A stretch of DNA of 29,882 bases from a virus (Duplodnaviria; Caudoviricetes). The stretch covers positions 1 through 29,882 of the IMG/VR virus record IMGVR_UViG_3300008735_000658. The stretch is one strand, 5' to 3'. A program made the translations under genes and the position numbers. This document shows, in pieces, positions 9,897 through 17,709 of the stretch. The notes under the pieces are model-generated. The model searched no databases. It had not been told where the DNA came from and was given only the letters and a program-made list of their open reading frames with translations. Each line of letters opens with the position of its first letter. The first letter of the stretch is position 1.

Positions 9897-10792
9897 TTAA
9901 ACTAAAAGATTTATTAACGGAAATTTCTTGGGAAAAAACTCAACTACATATGATGAATAGTACAATGATTCCACTATCTAAAAAAGTAGTGAATATGATT
10001 GTTGGTGATGTAGATGTTCCCACATTTCACGTTACGGATTTTAAAGGGTTAAAAGCCATAAAGAAACTTCAAGGTACATCAAAGGCATTATCCACATTTA
10101 CTACAAATGCACAAAGTAATATAGGTAATTTAGGTGGTGTAAGAACAGACGGTGGATTTCTTGTACATCTTATCGGTAAATTAAAGATAGCTTCGACTGA
10201 TGACATATTCTCCCGGCCAGATAAAACTGGTATGAGATGGGTTGGTAGTGAACCAGACCACCAATCATCCCTTACACATATTTTAAACAAAGCATCGGAT
10301 AGTGATATAGGAAATAAAATAAGAGGTGGGATGTATTTTGCATTTGATAAATCATATAAAAAATTAAAGTTAAAATATACAATAGATAGGGCAATAGATA
10401 AAGTTACTCTATATAATAAAGATGGAAGTGAATTTACTGACATTAAAAAACTATTTAACTTGTATGAAAAGGAAGTATTAAAGGTATTAAAGAAATATCA
10501 GAAACAATTAAATAAACATTTTGGAGACCCACAGCCATACAAAGGTGATTGGTATTGGAATGAATTAGTAGTTGATAAAATCATGATAGTGGATGTATTA
10601 GCATATGTGAAAGATAAGTATTACTATGATGATGAAACATTTGAAGATGACAATATTACATTTGACGAACAAGAAAGGAGAAAGGAAATTGAACAAGCAC
10701 AAAAAATGTTTGGTAGTAAAATAGAAATAACGAATGAACCAAAAGATATAAACAAATGGATTTCCGACAGGGGAGGAGATGCATTCTTTTAG
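9893..10792 (+). CDS. MIKLK-leader hypothetical protein, possibly with an ADP-ribosyltransferase fold
   Basis: Leader MIKLKDLLTE. The FHVTD / LSTFT / WNELVV motif order resembles the ART H-S-E pattern. The ORF is solid but the fold is speculative. Confidence 0.6.
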   Translation: MIKLKDLLTEISWEKTQLHMMNSTMIPLSKKVVNMIVGDVDVPTFHVTDFKGLKAIKKLQGTSKALSTFTTNAQSNIGNLGGVRTDGGFLVHLIGKLKIASTDDIFSRPDKTGMRWVGSEPDHQSSLTHILNKASDSDIGNKIRGGMYFAFDKSYKKLKLKYTIDRAIDKVTLYNKDGSEFTDIKKLFNLYEKEVLKVLKKYQKQLNKHFGDPQPYKGDWYWNELVVDKIMIVDVLAYVKDKYYYDDETFEDDNITFDEQERRKEIEQAQKMFGSKIEITNEPKDINKWISDRGGDAFF

Positions 10793-10808
10793 AGTGGAGA
10801 ATAAAATA

Positions 10809-11132
10809 ATGGCACAATTCCACATAGACGAACCGAGAGAAATCGGAAAACAAAAAGTTAAAGTATCAAAGAAAGATATGATGATAGTGAAGGATGAATT
10901 GCAAGAGAAAGTATTACGAAAAAAGATTAGAGAGATTGTTATGCAGAATTTAACAGAATCAAAGTCAAAGTTAAAGGCAGGTAAAAATATAGTTGAAGCT
11001 GAAGTTGATTATGACGAAGATTATATTACAATTACTTTGTATATGAATAAAAAAATAATGCAACATACCACAATTACAGTAGATGGTGGATATGTAGATA
11101 CAGAAACAGCTAATGTAGTGAAGTTAAAATAA
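10809..11132 (+). CDS. hypothetical protein with an LRxxIRE...LTE helix motif
   Basis: The ATG at 10809 is preceded by GGAG and is preferred to 10779. Contains VLRKKIREIVMQNLTES. Confidence 0.65.
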   Translation: MAQFHIDEPREIGKQKVKVSKKDMMIVKDELQEKVLRKKIREIVMQNLTESKSKLKAGKNIVEAEVDYDEDYITITLYMNKKIMQHTTITVDGGYVDTETANVVKLK

Positions 11133-11236
11133 TGTTTTGGGATTTTATATTAGAAAAGTTTGATTTATTATTATTAACAGCAATAGTATTTGTAATACTA
11201 TATTATGTAATGAAATTAGGTAATGATAAAACTTAA
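11132..11236 (+). CDS. small single-pass membrane peptide (34 aa, MFWDFILEKFDLLLLTAIVFVILYYVMKLGNDKT)
   Basis: TAATG coupling with the upstream gene, fills the gap, and has one hydrophobic helix. Below the ORF-track cutoff. Confidence 0.5.
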   Translation: MFWDFILEKFDLLLLTAIVFVILYYVMKLGNDKT

Positions 11237-11720
11237 AGACCTTATAGTAGAACGAATGACTAATCAGGTATTTTTACCACGTGACAATTTTGATCCACTT
11301 AAGCTACCAAAGGGAAAACTCAAAATAACTGGAGTGAATGGATATTCGAATAAACCAATAGGTGCATTTTGGACTTCATCTTGGAGTATGAAAACATTAA
11401 GTAGTGGATGGGCAGAATGGACTAAATGGGAAATGCCAGATTGGAATAGTGGTGATGGAGTTGTATTTGAGGTAAAAAGTGCTAAACTTTATACTATTAA
11501 TAATAAGAAAGATTATGAAAAATTAAGAGAGAAATTTCCATATGAGAGTAAAAGTTATGGCGGAGAAAATTTTTTAGATTGGCCAAAATTAAGTAAAAAG
11601 TATGATGGTATTAATGTTAAAAATCCATATGCACACCAAGCTTTACATGCTTGGGATGTAGAGAGTACAGCTTGGTTTAATATGAAACCATTAAAATTTA
11701 TTGGAACTGTAGCAATATGA
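11223..11720 (+). CDS. MIKLK-leader Trp-rich hypothetical protein
   Basis: Leader MIKLKDLIVE, then KPIGAFWTS, YDGINV and WDVESTAWF. Confidence 0.72.
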   Translation: MIKLKDLIVERMTNQVFLPRDNFDPLKLPKGKLKITGVNGYSNKPIGAFWTSSWSMKTLSSGWAEWTKWEMPDWNSGDGVVFEVKSAKLYTINNKKDYEKLREKFPYESKSYGGENFLDWPKLSKKYDGINVKNPYAHQALHAWDVESTAWFNMKPLKFIGTVAI

Positions 11721-11734
11721 TTAAATTAAAATAA
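11717..11734 (+). pseudogene. leader-only relic MIKLK-stop
   Basis: ATG ATT AAA TTA AAA TAA. The first 15 nt are identical to the leaders at 6833, 7819 and 9615, and it has the same ATGA overlap. Confidence 0.65.
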
Positions 11735-11763
11735 TTTTTAGATAAATAGGAGAAAAATAAGTT

Positions 11764-12330
11764 ATGGGAGAACATCAAAGACACGTAAAGGCAAGAGAAT
11801 CCATTTTACGAAACGAAACACCAGATAAACGAATAATGGTGGTAATGGAAGATAAAAAGGAAAAAGAGGCTCGTGAAAAAGAGAAACAGACAGAGAGAGA
11901 TAGAATAAATGGTAGAATGGAAGCATTACAAGAGGCAAAAATGCCATGGTTTTGTCCTAACTGTGATAAAGTGATGAAAAAGAAACTTGATGATAAAATG
12001 TATAGATTATATAATCAATGTTTTGATTGCCAAATAACTTTTGAAAATAAACTCCGAGTAGAAGGTAAATTTGAAGAGTGGGAAAAACAAAAAGTATTAA
12101 AAAATAAACTTTCATGGTTAAACGAACAAATAGAAAGTGTAGATGAATGGAAAACAGAAACTACTCCAGAGTTTTATAACCAGGTTGGTATAAAAGATGT
12201 AGAAATAGAGAAAGAGAAATGGACACAGAACGATGAAAAGGTAATTGAAATGGTAGACGAGGCTCTTAAAGATTTATTTAAAATGAAAAAAGAAGTAGAG
12301 GAAGAATTGTCTAATAGTTTGGTAAACTGA
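11764..12330 (+). CDS. hypothetical protein with a CxxC...CxxC zinc-binding motif and charged helices
   Basis: SD AGGAG upstream; CPNC and CFDC. Confidence 0.75.
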   Translation: MGEHQRHVKARESILRNETPDKRIMVVMEDKKEKEAREKEKQTERDRINGRMEALQEAKMPWFCPNCDKVMKKKLDDKMYRLYNQCFDCQITFENKLRVEGKFEEWEKQKVLKNKLSWLNEQIESVDEWKTETTPEFYNQVGIKDVEIEKEKWTQNDEKVIEMVDEALKDLFKMKKEVEEELSNSLVN

Positions 12331-12338
12331 TATTTATA
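12330..12338 (+). promoter_or_regulatory. putative phage late-promoter element ATATTTATA
   Basis: Second intergenic copy, about 30 nt upstream of the GTG at 12368. Confidence 0.45.
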
Positions 12339-12367
12339 TATGGTAAATTGTAATTTGGAGAATTTTA

Positions 12368-15300
12368 GTGTATAAGAAGATTTTAAATGAGTTTAGTGGA
12401 GATAAAATAGGAGATTTTATAGTAGAAAACGATGTAATTTCTATTATAAAAGAAGGTGCAGATACTGTAAGAGCTCCTGTAGATGATGGACCTGGAACAT
12501 TTTACAGATCATTAAATCAATATAAACAAGAAACAACGGATTGGGTAAAACAATTACAAAACGATTTAGGATATAAAGTAATAGGATATATTTTAAGTGA
12601 TGGTGCAATGGATCCGGAAGAAGATTATACTATGGATTATAGGGACGTTCCTGCAATTTCATATGGAGCCAAGAAAAAGTATAAAACCAGATTACGTGAT
12701 GTAATTGAAAATCTTGGTTGGAGAGTGATGAAATGGATGGGAGTAGATGATACAAATGTATTGTTTGCAGGTCCACCAATAGCTTCTGGTATTGATGCGG
12801 GTGGTCGTATGGAAGATAATATACGGAATACGTCTGATATTGCAGAAAAATCACCTAAATTTAAAGGTGGTCGCCCAAGACTTCATGTAGAAAATAAAGT
12901 ATTTTCTCCAGAATGGTGGAAACAAAATTTGGTAGAAGGGGTTACACAATTTTATGGTCTTTCAATTGAAGAATTACTTAATACTGTATTAAATTTCAAG
13001 GGAAAAACTCTTATTTATTTTGATACTGAAACTCTTGGATTCCAACCTAAAACTGATTATTTACAACTTACTGAAATAGCTGCAATCGCGTATAGTGGAG
13101 ATACATTTAAAGAAGTTGGTAAATTAGATTATAAGGTTAATTTAAATAAAGCAGCAAAAAATGTTATGAAGAAAGGAACTCCTGAACGTAAGAGTTGGGA
13201 TGATCATGTTAGTCCTCGTGATAAGTTACAAACTCCACAAGACGTATTGAAGATGACTCGGTATGGTAGTAAAACAGCACCGTTTGTATTGGAGGCACAT
13301 TCATTAAATATATTATTTGAATTCATAAATAAGTATAAAAATCCAATTTTAATTGCTCACAATGCACCATTTGATTTAAAATATCTTGGTGTTCGTGCAA
13401 GCAAATATGGAATTAAAATGAAAAAGTATAAATCATTAGATACTTTAGCATTAAATAGAATGTTTTTTATTCCGTTGTTAAAATCAGTTGAAAAAAGTGA
13501 TGAATTAGATTTAATATTGAAAAGCTTAACCAAGACTTCTAAAACAGGCAGAAAGAATGTATCATCTACACTTGGAAATTTAAGTAAAGCTATGAAAATA
13601 GATACTTCCAGTTGGCACAATGCATTAGCAGATGTTGAAATGATGGTTGGAGTATTATCTAAAATGATAGAATTTCTAAAAAAATATAAAAATACAGATA
13701 TAGAGAAATTGCATCGTGCAGAAGTTGAAAAGGTTGCTAAACAACGTCATAAAAAGAAACACAAAAAGAAAAGAAAGGAATCTATAGAGGAAGGTAGAAA
13801 ATTAAAAGTTTTAGGAATTTATCCTGGAAGATTTCAACCATTTGGGAGACATCATTATAAAGCTTATAAATATATGGCGAAGTTGTTTGGAAAGAATAAT
13901 ACATATATTTCAACTTCTAATAAAGTAGATACAAAACGGTCTCCATTAAATTTTAAAGAAAAACAACAATTGATCTCTAAAATGGGGGTTCCAAGTAATA
14001 AAATTATTCTTAGTAGACTACCGTATTTATGGAATAAACTAAACCCATTAAATCTTGATCTTGAAAATGTGGTTTTAGTATATGCTTTTGGGGTAAAAGA
14101 TAAAGGTCGTATTACAGGTGGTAGTAAGAAAAGTGGTGGGAAATTATATTTTCAACCATATGAGAAGAATAAAAATAATCTGAAACCTGCTTCAGAACAT
14201 TCTTACTATGTAGAAGTTCCTCATATATCTTTTAAAATAGAAGGTAAAGAAATTAGTGGAACTTGGATGAGAGAATTATTAGGATCTTCAAAGTATGAAG
14301 GTAAAAGGGAAAAAATTTTTAAGGAATTATTTGGTTATTTTGATAAAAGAATATATAAACTTGTAACTGATAAATTTAAGAAAATTTATGAAAGTGTCAG
14401 TAGGGATACAGTATTTTCTCCAGAATGGTGGAAAAAAGAAATGTTATTGGAAGGTGGAGCGGCCGGACACCTAAATCATCCATTTGATGATAAAGATTTA
14501 ACATTTGGTGATTTAAAGAAAATAATTAAATTAGGAATTGGTGGTAAGTTAAATAGAGAAGATAATGTTACAGAAAAAATGGATGGTCAAAACATTATGG
14601 TGTCATGGAAAGATGGTGAGTTAATAGCTGCCAGAAATAAAACTCAATTAAAAGGTTGGGGTAAAAATTCCATGACAGTAAATCAAGTTGTTAGTAAATT
14701 TAAAGGTCATGCGGTAAAATCTGTAAAAGATGCTTATGTTTTTGCAATAAAGGATTTAAATAGTGCAATAGGATCTTTAACAGAAAAACAAAAGAGAAAG
14801 ATTTTTAATGACGGTCATAATTTTATGAATTTAGAAATTATGTATGCTGCAAATCCAAATACTATTGATTATGATATTTCTGAATTAATTTTTCATGGTG
14901 CATTAGAATATGATGAAAAGGGAACTCCTATTGGAGAAGTTAAAGGAAGTGCTAGAATGTTGGAGGGAATGATTCGCCAGATAAATCAAAATATACAAAA
15001 AAAGTTTAAAATATCTAAACCAAATTTTTTGGATGTTCCTAAACACCAAGATTTTGGAAAATTAAAACCAAAATTTTTGAAACAAGTTGATAAGTTACGA
15101 AGTGAATTTGGACTTAATGATTCGGATACGATTAGTGTATATCATCAAAGTTTTTGGAAAGAATATATTTATAATGCTAGTAAACAACATAATTATAAAA
15201 TTCCTGATAGTGCTTTATTAGGATTAACAAAACGATGGGCATTTTTTGATAAATCGTATTCTGTTAGAGATATGAAAAGGGATATTGATAATGAAGTTTT

Positions 15301-15682
15301 TTTAGACTGGGTATTATCTACTGATAAAAATGACCACACTAAAATTGTTAAAAGTAATATGAGACCGTTTGAGGTTTTATTTTTTGAAGTAGGGGTTGAA
15401 ATTCTAAAAGGAGTTTCTGGATTTATAGCTGCATCTCCAGATAAAACAGTTCTTCAAATAAGAAAGGATGTTACAAAGGCAATTAAAGCTATTAAAGGTG
15501 GTGGTGATATTAAGAAAATAAATAGACTATCAGTTTTACTTGATAGATTAAATGCAATTGGTGGATTAAAATCAATAGTGCCGAGTGAGGGCATTGTTTT
15601 TAAATATAACGGAAAAACTTATAAATTTACTGGAAGTTTCGCTCCTGTAAATCAAATCTTATCGTTAGTAACGTTTGGTTGA
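12368..15682 (+). CDS. multidomain protein: unknown N-domain + DEDDh 3'-5' exonuclease + HIGH-type nucleotidyltransferase + ligase-like (KxDG) domain
   Basis: Exonuclease motifs YFDTETLG / AHNAPFD / HNALADVE. Nucleotidyltransferase motifs IYPGRFQPFGRHH / ISGTWMR. Ligase-like motifs TEKMDGQN / SEGIVFK / YKFTG. GGAG SD before the GTG start. Confidence 0.8.
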   Translation: MYKKILNEFSGDKIGDFIVENDVISIIKEGADTVRAPVDDGPGTFYRSLNQYKQETTDWVKQLQNDLGYKVIGYILSDGAMDPEEDYTMDYRDVPAISYGAKKKYKTRLRDVIENLGWRVMKWMGVDDTNVLFAGPPIASGIDAGGRMEDNIRNTSDIAEKSPKFKGGRPRLHVENKVFSPEWWKQNLVEGVTQFYGLSIEELLNTVLNFKGKTLIYFDTETLGFQPKTDYLQLTEIAAIAYSGDTFKEVGKLDYKVNLNKAAKNVMKKGTPERKSWDDHVSPRDKLQTPQDVLKMTRYGSKTAPFVLEAHSLNILFEFINKYKNPILIAHNAPFDLKYLGVRASKYGIKMKKYKSLDTLALNRMFFIPLLKSVEKSDELDLILKSLTKTSKTGRKNVSSTLGNLSKAMKIDTSSWHNALADVEMMVGVLSKMIEFLKKYKNTDIEKLHRAEVEKVAKQRHKKKHKKKRKESIEEGRKLKVLGIYPGRFQPFGRHHYKAYKYMAKLFGKNNTYISTSNKVDTKRSPLNFKEKQQLISKMGVPSNKIILSRLPYLWNKLNPLNLDLENVVLVYAFGVKDKGRITGGSKKSGGKLYFQPYEKNKNNLKPASEHSYYVEVPHISFKIEGKEISGTWMRELLGSSKYEGKREKIFKELFGYFDKRIYKLVTDKFKKIYESVSRDTVFSPEWWKKEMLLEGGAAGHLNHPFDDKDLTFGDLKKIIKLGIGGKLNREDNVTEKMDGQNIMVSWKDGELIAARNKTQLKGWGKNSMTVNQVVSKFKGHAVKSVKDAYVFAIKDLNSAIGSLTEKQKRKIFNDGHNFMNLEIMYAANPNTIDYDISELIFHGALEYDEKGTPIGEVKGSARMLEGMIRQINQNIQKKFKISKPNFLDVPKHQDFGKLKPKFLKQVDKLRSEFGLNDSDTISVYHQSFWKEYIYNASKQHNYKIPDSALLGLTKRWAFFDKSYSVRDMKRDIDNEVFLDWVLSTDKNDHTKIVKSNMRPFEVLFFEVGVEILKGVSGFIAASPDKTVLQIRKDVTKAIKAIKGGGDIKKINRLSVLLDRLNAIGGLKSIVPSEGIVFKYNGKTYKFTGSFAPVNQILSLVTFG
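12898..14434 (+). repeat. 25-bp exact direct repeat AGTATTTTCTCCAGAATGGTGGAAA (VFSPEWWK)
   Basis: Copies at 12898-12922 and 14410-14434, in frame and 1512 bp apart. Confidence 0.9.
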
Positions 15683-15722
15683 TTTAATGTGGAGTTTGTA
15701 TGAAAAATGATTGGACTACGAA

Positions 15723-16400
15723 ATGAATAAACTTGAAAAGAGAATGTTAAAACTCATAAATGAAGCATCTCCAAGTGGAACGGATAGTGGACTTGGTATA
15801 ATTACAGGTGATGCATGGCCCGATGGTCTTTACACTAAACGTGGAGAACGGAGAATAGTAACACCTGCAAGTTTAACTCGTGGTATGAAACAAATTGATT
15901 TCCCTGCATCAGACAACATTTATGGTGGTAAAGGAAGTTTAAATAATTTGAAACGAGCAGAACGAGATAAGGCAATGGTATTTCGTTATTTAAGTGGTCC
16001 AGAAGAATACGCATCAATAATGGCAGATGAATTAAGGGATGATACTCCACCATTGGCACCTAAACAAAGATTATATGGAATACATGGATTTCATAGGAAA
16101 CAAGAATACACAATTCCACCAGAAACTCATAATTTTCATTCTACTGCAGAAACTCTCATAAAACCAACTACCGCTCCAGAAGGAACTGAAAGTGGTGGAG
16201 TTCCAAATACACCAGAACCTGGATCCAAAGAAAGTGGTGGAACTGGATATAGACAAAAACAGGAGGGTGGTCAATCCTTATTCGCTAAAAATGAAAAATT
16301 ATGGGGAAAGTGGACAGACCATAGAATAGGAAGTAAAATAGATAGTAGAGAATGGAAGGGAAATAAATTAGTTGATTTATTACCGAAGGGGAAAAAATAA
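15723..16400 (+). CDS. hypothetical Gly/Pro-rich protein
   Basis: Long ORF. The start is uncertain (TTG 15711 or ATG 15723). It has LKLINE/A near the N-terminus and KLVDLL at the C-terminus. Confidence 0.7.
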   Translation: MNKLEKRMLKLINEASPSGTDSGLGIITGDAWPDGLYTKRGERRIVTPASLTRGMKQIDFPASDNIYGGKGSLNNLKRAERDKAMVFRYLSGPEEYASIMADELRDDTPPLAPKQRLYGIHGFHRKQEYTIPPETHNFHSTAETLIKPTTAPEGTESGGVPNTPEPGSKESGGTGYRQKQEGGQSLFAKNEKLWGKWTDHRIGSKIDSREWKGNKLVDLLPKGKK

Positions 16401-16711
16401 TGGCAATTACAATAGATGTAAAAGTTGGAGATACTATTCTTACCGGAAAATTTAAGAATAAGAAAACAGTAATTAAAAAAATTGGTGTAGATAAACATGG
16501 AATGCCGACTATAAACGATAGAAAAGTCGTAACGTTTAGAATACACAAAAAAGTCAATATATTTGATAAAGATTTTACTGAAGATGTAGAACGTGATAAT
16601 GATGGATATGGTAAATACAAAGAACCAACGGATAGTGAATTTGATGAACCTTCAAAAACTAAAAAATTAGAAGGTAAATCGACATACAAACAAATAATGG
16701 AGATTAAATAA
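16400..16711 (+). CDS. hypothetical protein with a KOW/SH3-like N-terminus
   Basis: VKVGDTILTGKFKNKKTVIKKIG; TAATG coupling at both ends. Confidence 0.65.
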   Translation: MAITIDVKVGDTILTGKFKNKKTVIKKIGVDKHGMPTINDRKVVTFRIHKKVNIFDKDFTEDVERDNDGYGKYKEPTDSEFDEPSKTKKLEGKSTYKQIMEIK

Positions 16712-17025
16712 TGGAATGGTTAAAAAAACTAATTATTGCGATTTTAGGACTTTTCGGTTTGAGTACGTTATTGAGTGCAAAAAAATCAAAAGAAGCTAAA
16801 GAATTAAAGAAAGTCATTAAAGAGAATAAGAAAAAAGAAGAAGTAGTGGCACACGAAATAGAAACCTTACAGAAAAATAAGAAAAAAAACAAGAAAGAAA
16901 TAACAAAGTTAAAAAGAAAATTAACACGAACTAAAAATGAAGTCAAGAAAATGGAAACAGCCTTTGAAAATGATGATGTGGATGATGCGGCAGAGTTTTT
17001 AAGGAAATTTTCCAAAAGTAAATAA
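16711..17025 (+). CDS. N-terminal membrane anchor + basic coiled coil (i-spanin-like topology)
   Basis: LIIAILGLFGLSTLL followed by Lys/Glu-rich heptads. Confidence 0.65.
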   Translation: MEWLKKLIIAILGLFGLSTLLSAKKSKEAKELKKVIKENKKKEEVVAHEIETLQKNKKKNKKEITKLKRKLTRTKNEVKKMETAFENDDVDDAAEFLRKFSKSK

Positions 17026-17054
17026 TTATATATACATATATAAGGAGAAATTAA

Positions 17055-17333
17055 ATGGCAGATGCAGGAACATTATTTAGGTCATTACCAACGGATCAAA
17101 AGCTTGGTGATTACAATGGTATAACAAAAGTAAATTCAAGTACCACTGTAGATTTTACAGGCTCAAATGCCGGTGCTGGATTTATAGTTGAAGATGTAAC
17201 AAATGTAACTATTCATGGATCTGGTGGTGGAACTTTACCTGGTACTACATTAACTGCAGATACACTTTATCCAATAGGAGTAAAGAAAGTAGTAATTGGT
17301 GCAACTGGTGTAGTTTACGTATTACATAGATAA
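17055..17333 (+). CDS. small beta-rich Gly/Thr/Val protein, probably virion-associated
   Basis: Strong SD AAGGAG. The composition is typical of structural beta-sandwich proteins. Confidence 0.65.
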   Translation: MADAGTLFRSLPTDQKLGDYNGITKVNSSTTVDFTGSNAGAGFIVEDVTNVTIHGSGGGTLPGTTLTADTLYPIGVKKVVIGATGVVYVLHR

Positions 17334-17334
17334 T

Positions 17335-17709
17335 ATGAAGTATATTTGGATAATACTGTTGTCCACTTTTTTGTTTGGTCAACATACATTTACAGCCGAT
17401 GAAGTATTAGGATTTGCAAATAAGATAAAATCTTTACAAGCTGATAGTTTAAATTTAGCAAATCAAGTTGGTATTTCAGAAGAATTAGTAGTTAAATATG
17501 AAGAACATATACGGACTGATTCTCTTTTGTTGATACAAAAAGACGAGCAAATTTTACTGTTAAGGGAACAGAATGAAAATTTGGAAGAACAGTCTAATTT
17601 GAATAAACCATCGTGGTATGAAAATAAGTGGCTTTATTTCACATACGGAGCAGCATCAGTAATTATACCAACTTATTTAGGAATAAAAATAGTGGAAGTA
17701 ACAAAGTAA
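17335..17709 (+). CDS. signal peptide + coiled coil + C-terminal hydrophobic helix protein
   Basis: MKYIWIILLSTFLFGQ signal with no lipobox Cys, a heptad region, and WLYFTYGAASVIIPTYLGI. Confidence 0.7.
   Translation: MKYIWIILLSTFLFGQHTFTADEVLGFANKIKSLQADSLNLANQVGISEELVVKYEEHIRTDSLLLIQKDEQILLLREQNENLEEQSNLNKPSWYENKWLYFTYGAASVIIPTYLGIKIVEVTK

Larger units (their letters stand above)
6833..11734 (+). repeat. dispersed ~30-bp direct repeat ATGAT(T/A)AAA(T/C)T... encoding the MIKLK leader
   Basis: Copies at 6833, 7819, 9170, 9352, 9615, 9893, 11223 and 11717. The 9615 and 9893 copies are identical at 30 of 31 nt. Confidence 0.9.

Noticed and set aside
6833-11734. MIKLK DNA repeats as a CRISPR array or attC sites
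   Set aside because: Spacing is irregular (about 180-1350 bp), the repeats are protein-coding and non-palindromic, and there is no cas or integrase gene in the window.
12368-15682. DNA polymerase III epsilon (dnaQ) or a replicative DNA ligase as the gene call
   Set aside because: The exonuclease is one domain of a larger fusion. The ligase-like domain ends shortly after motif V with no evident OB-fold domain.
17628-17708. Extended N-terminus of terL given by the ORF track
   Set aside because: It overlaps the upstream gene by 82 nt. The TAATG-coupled ATG at 17709 is more plausible.
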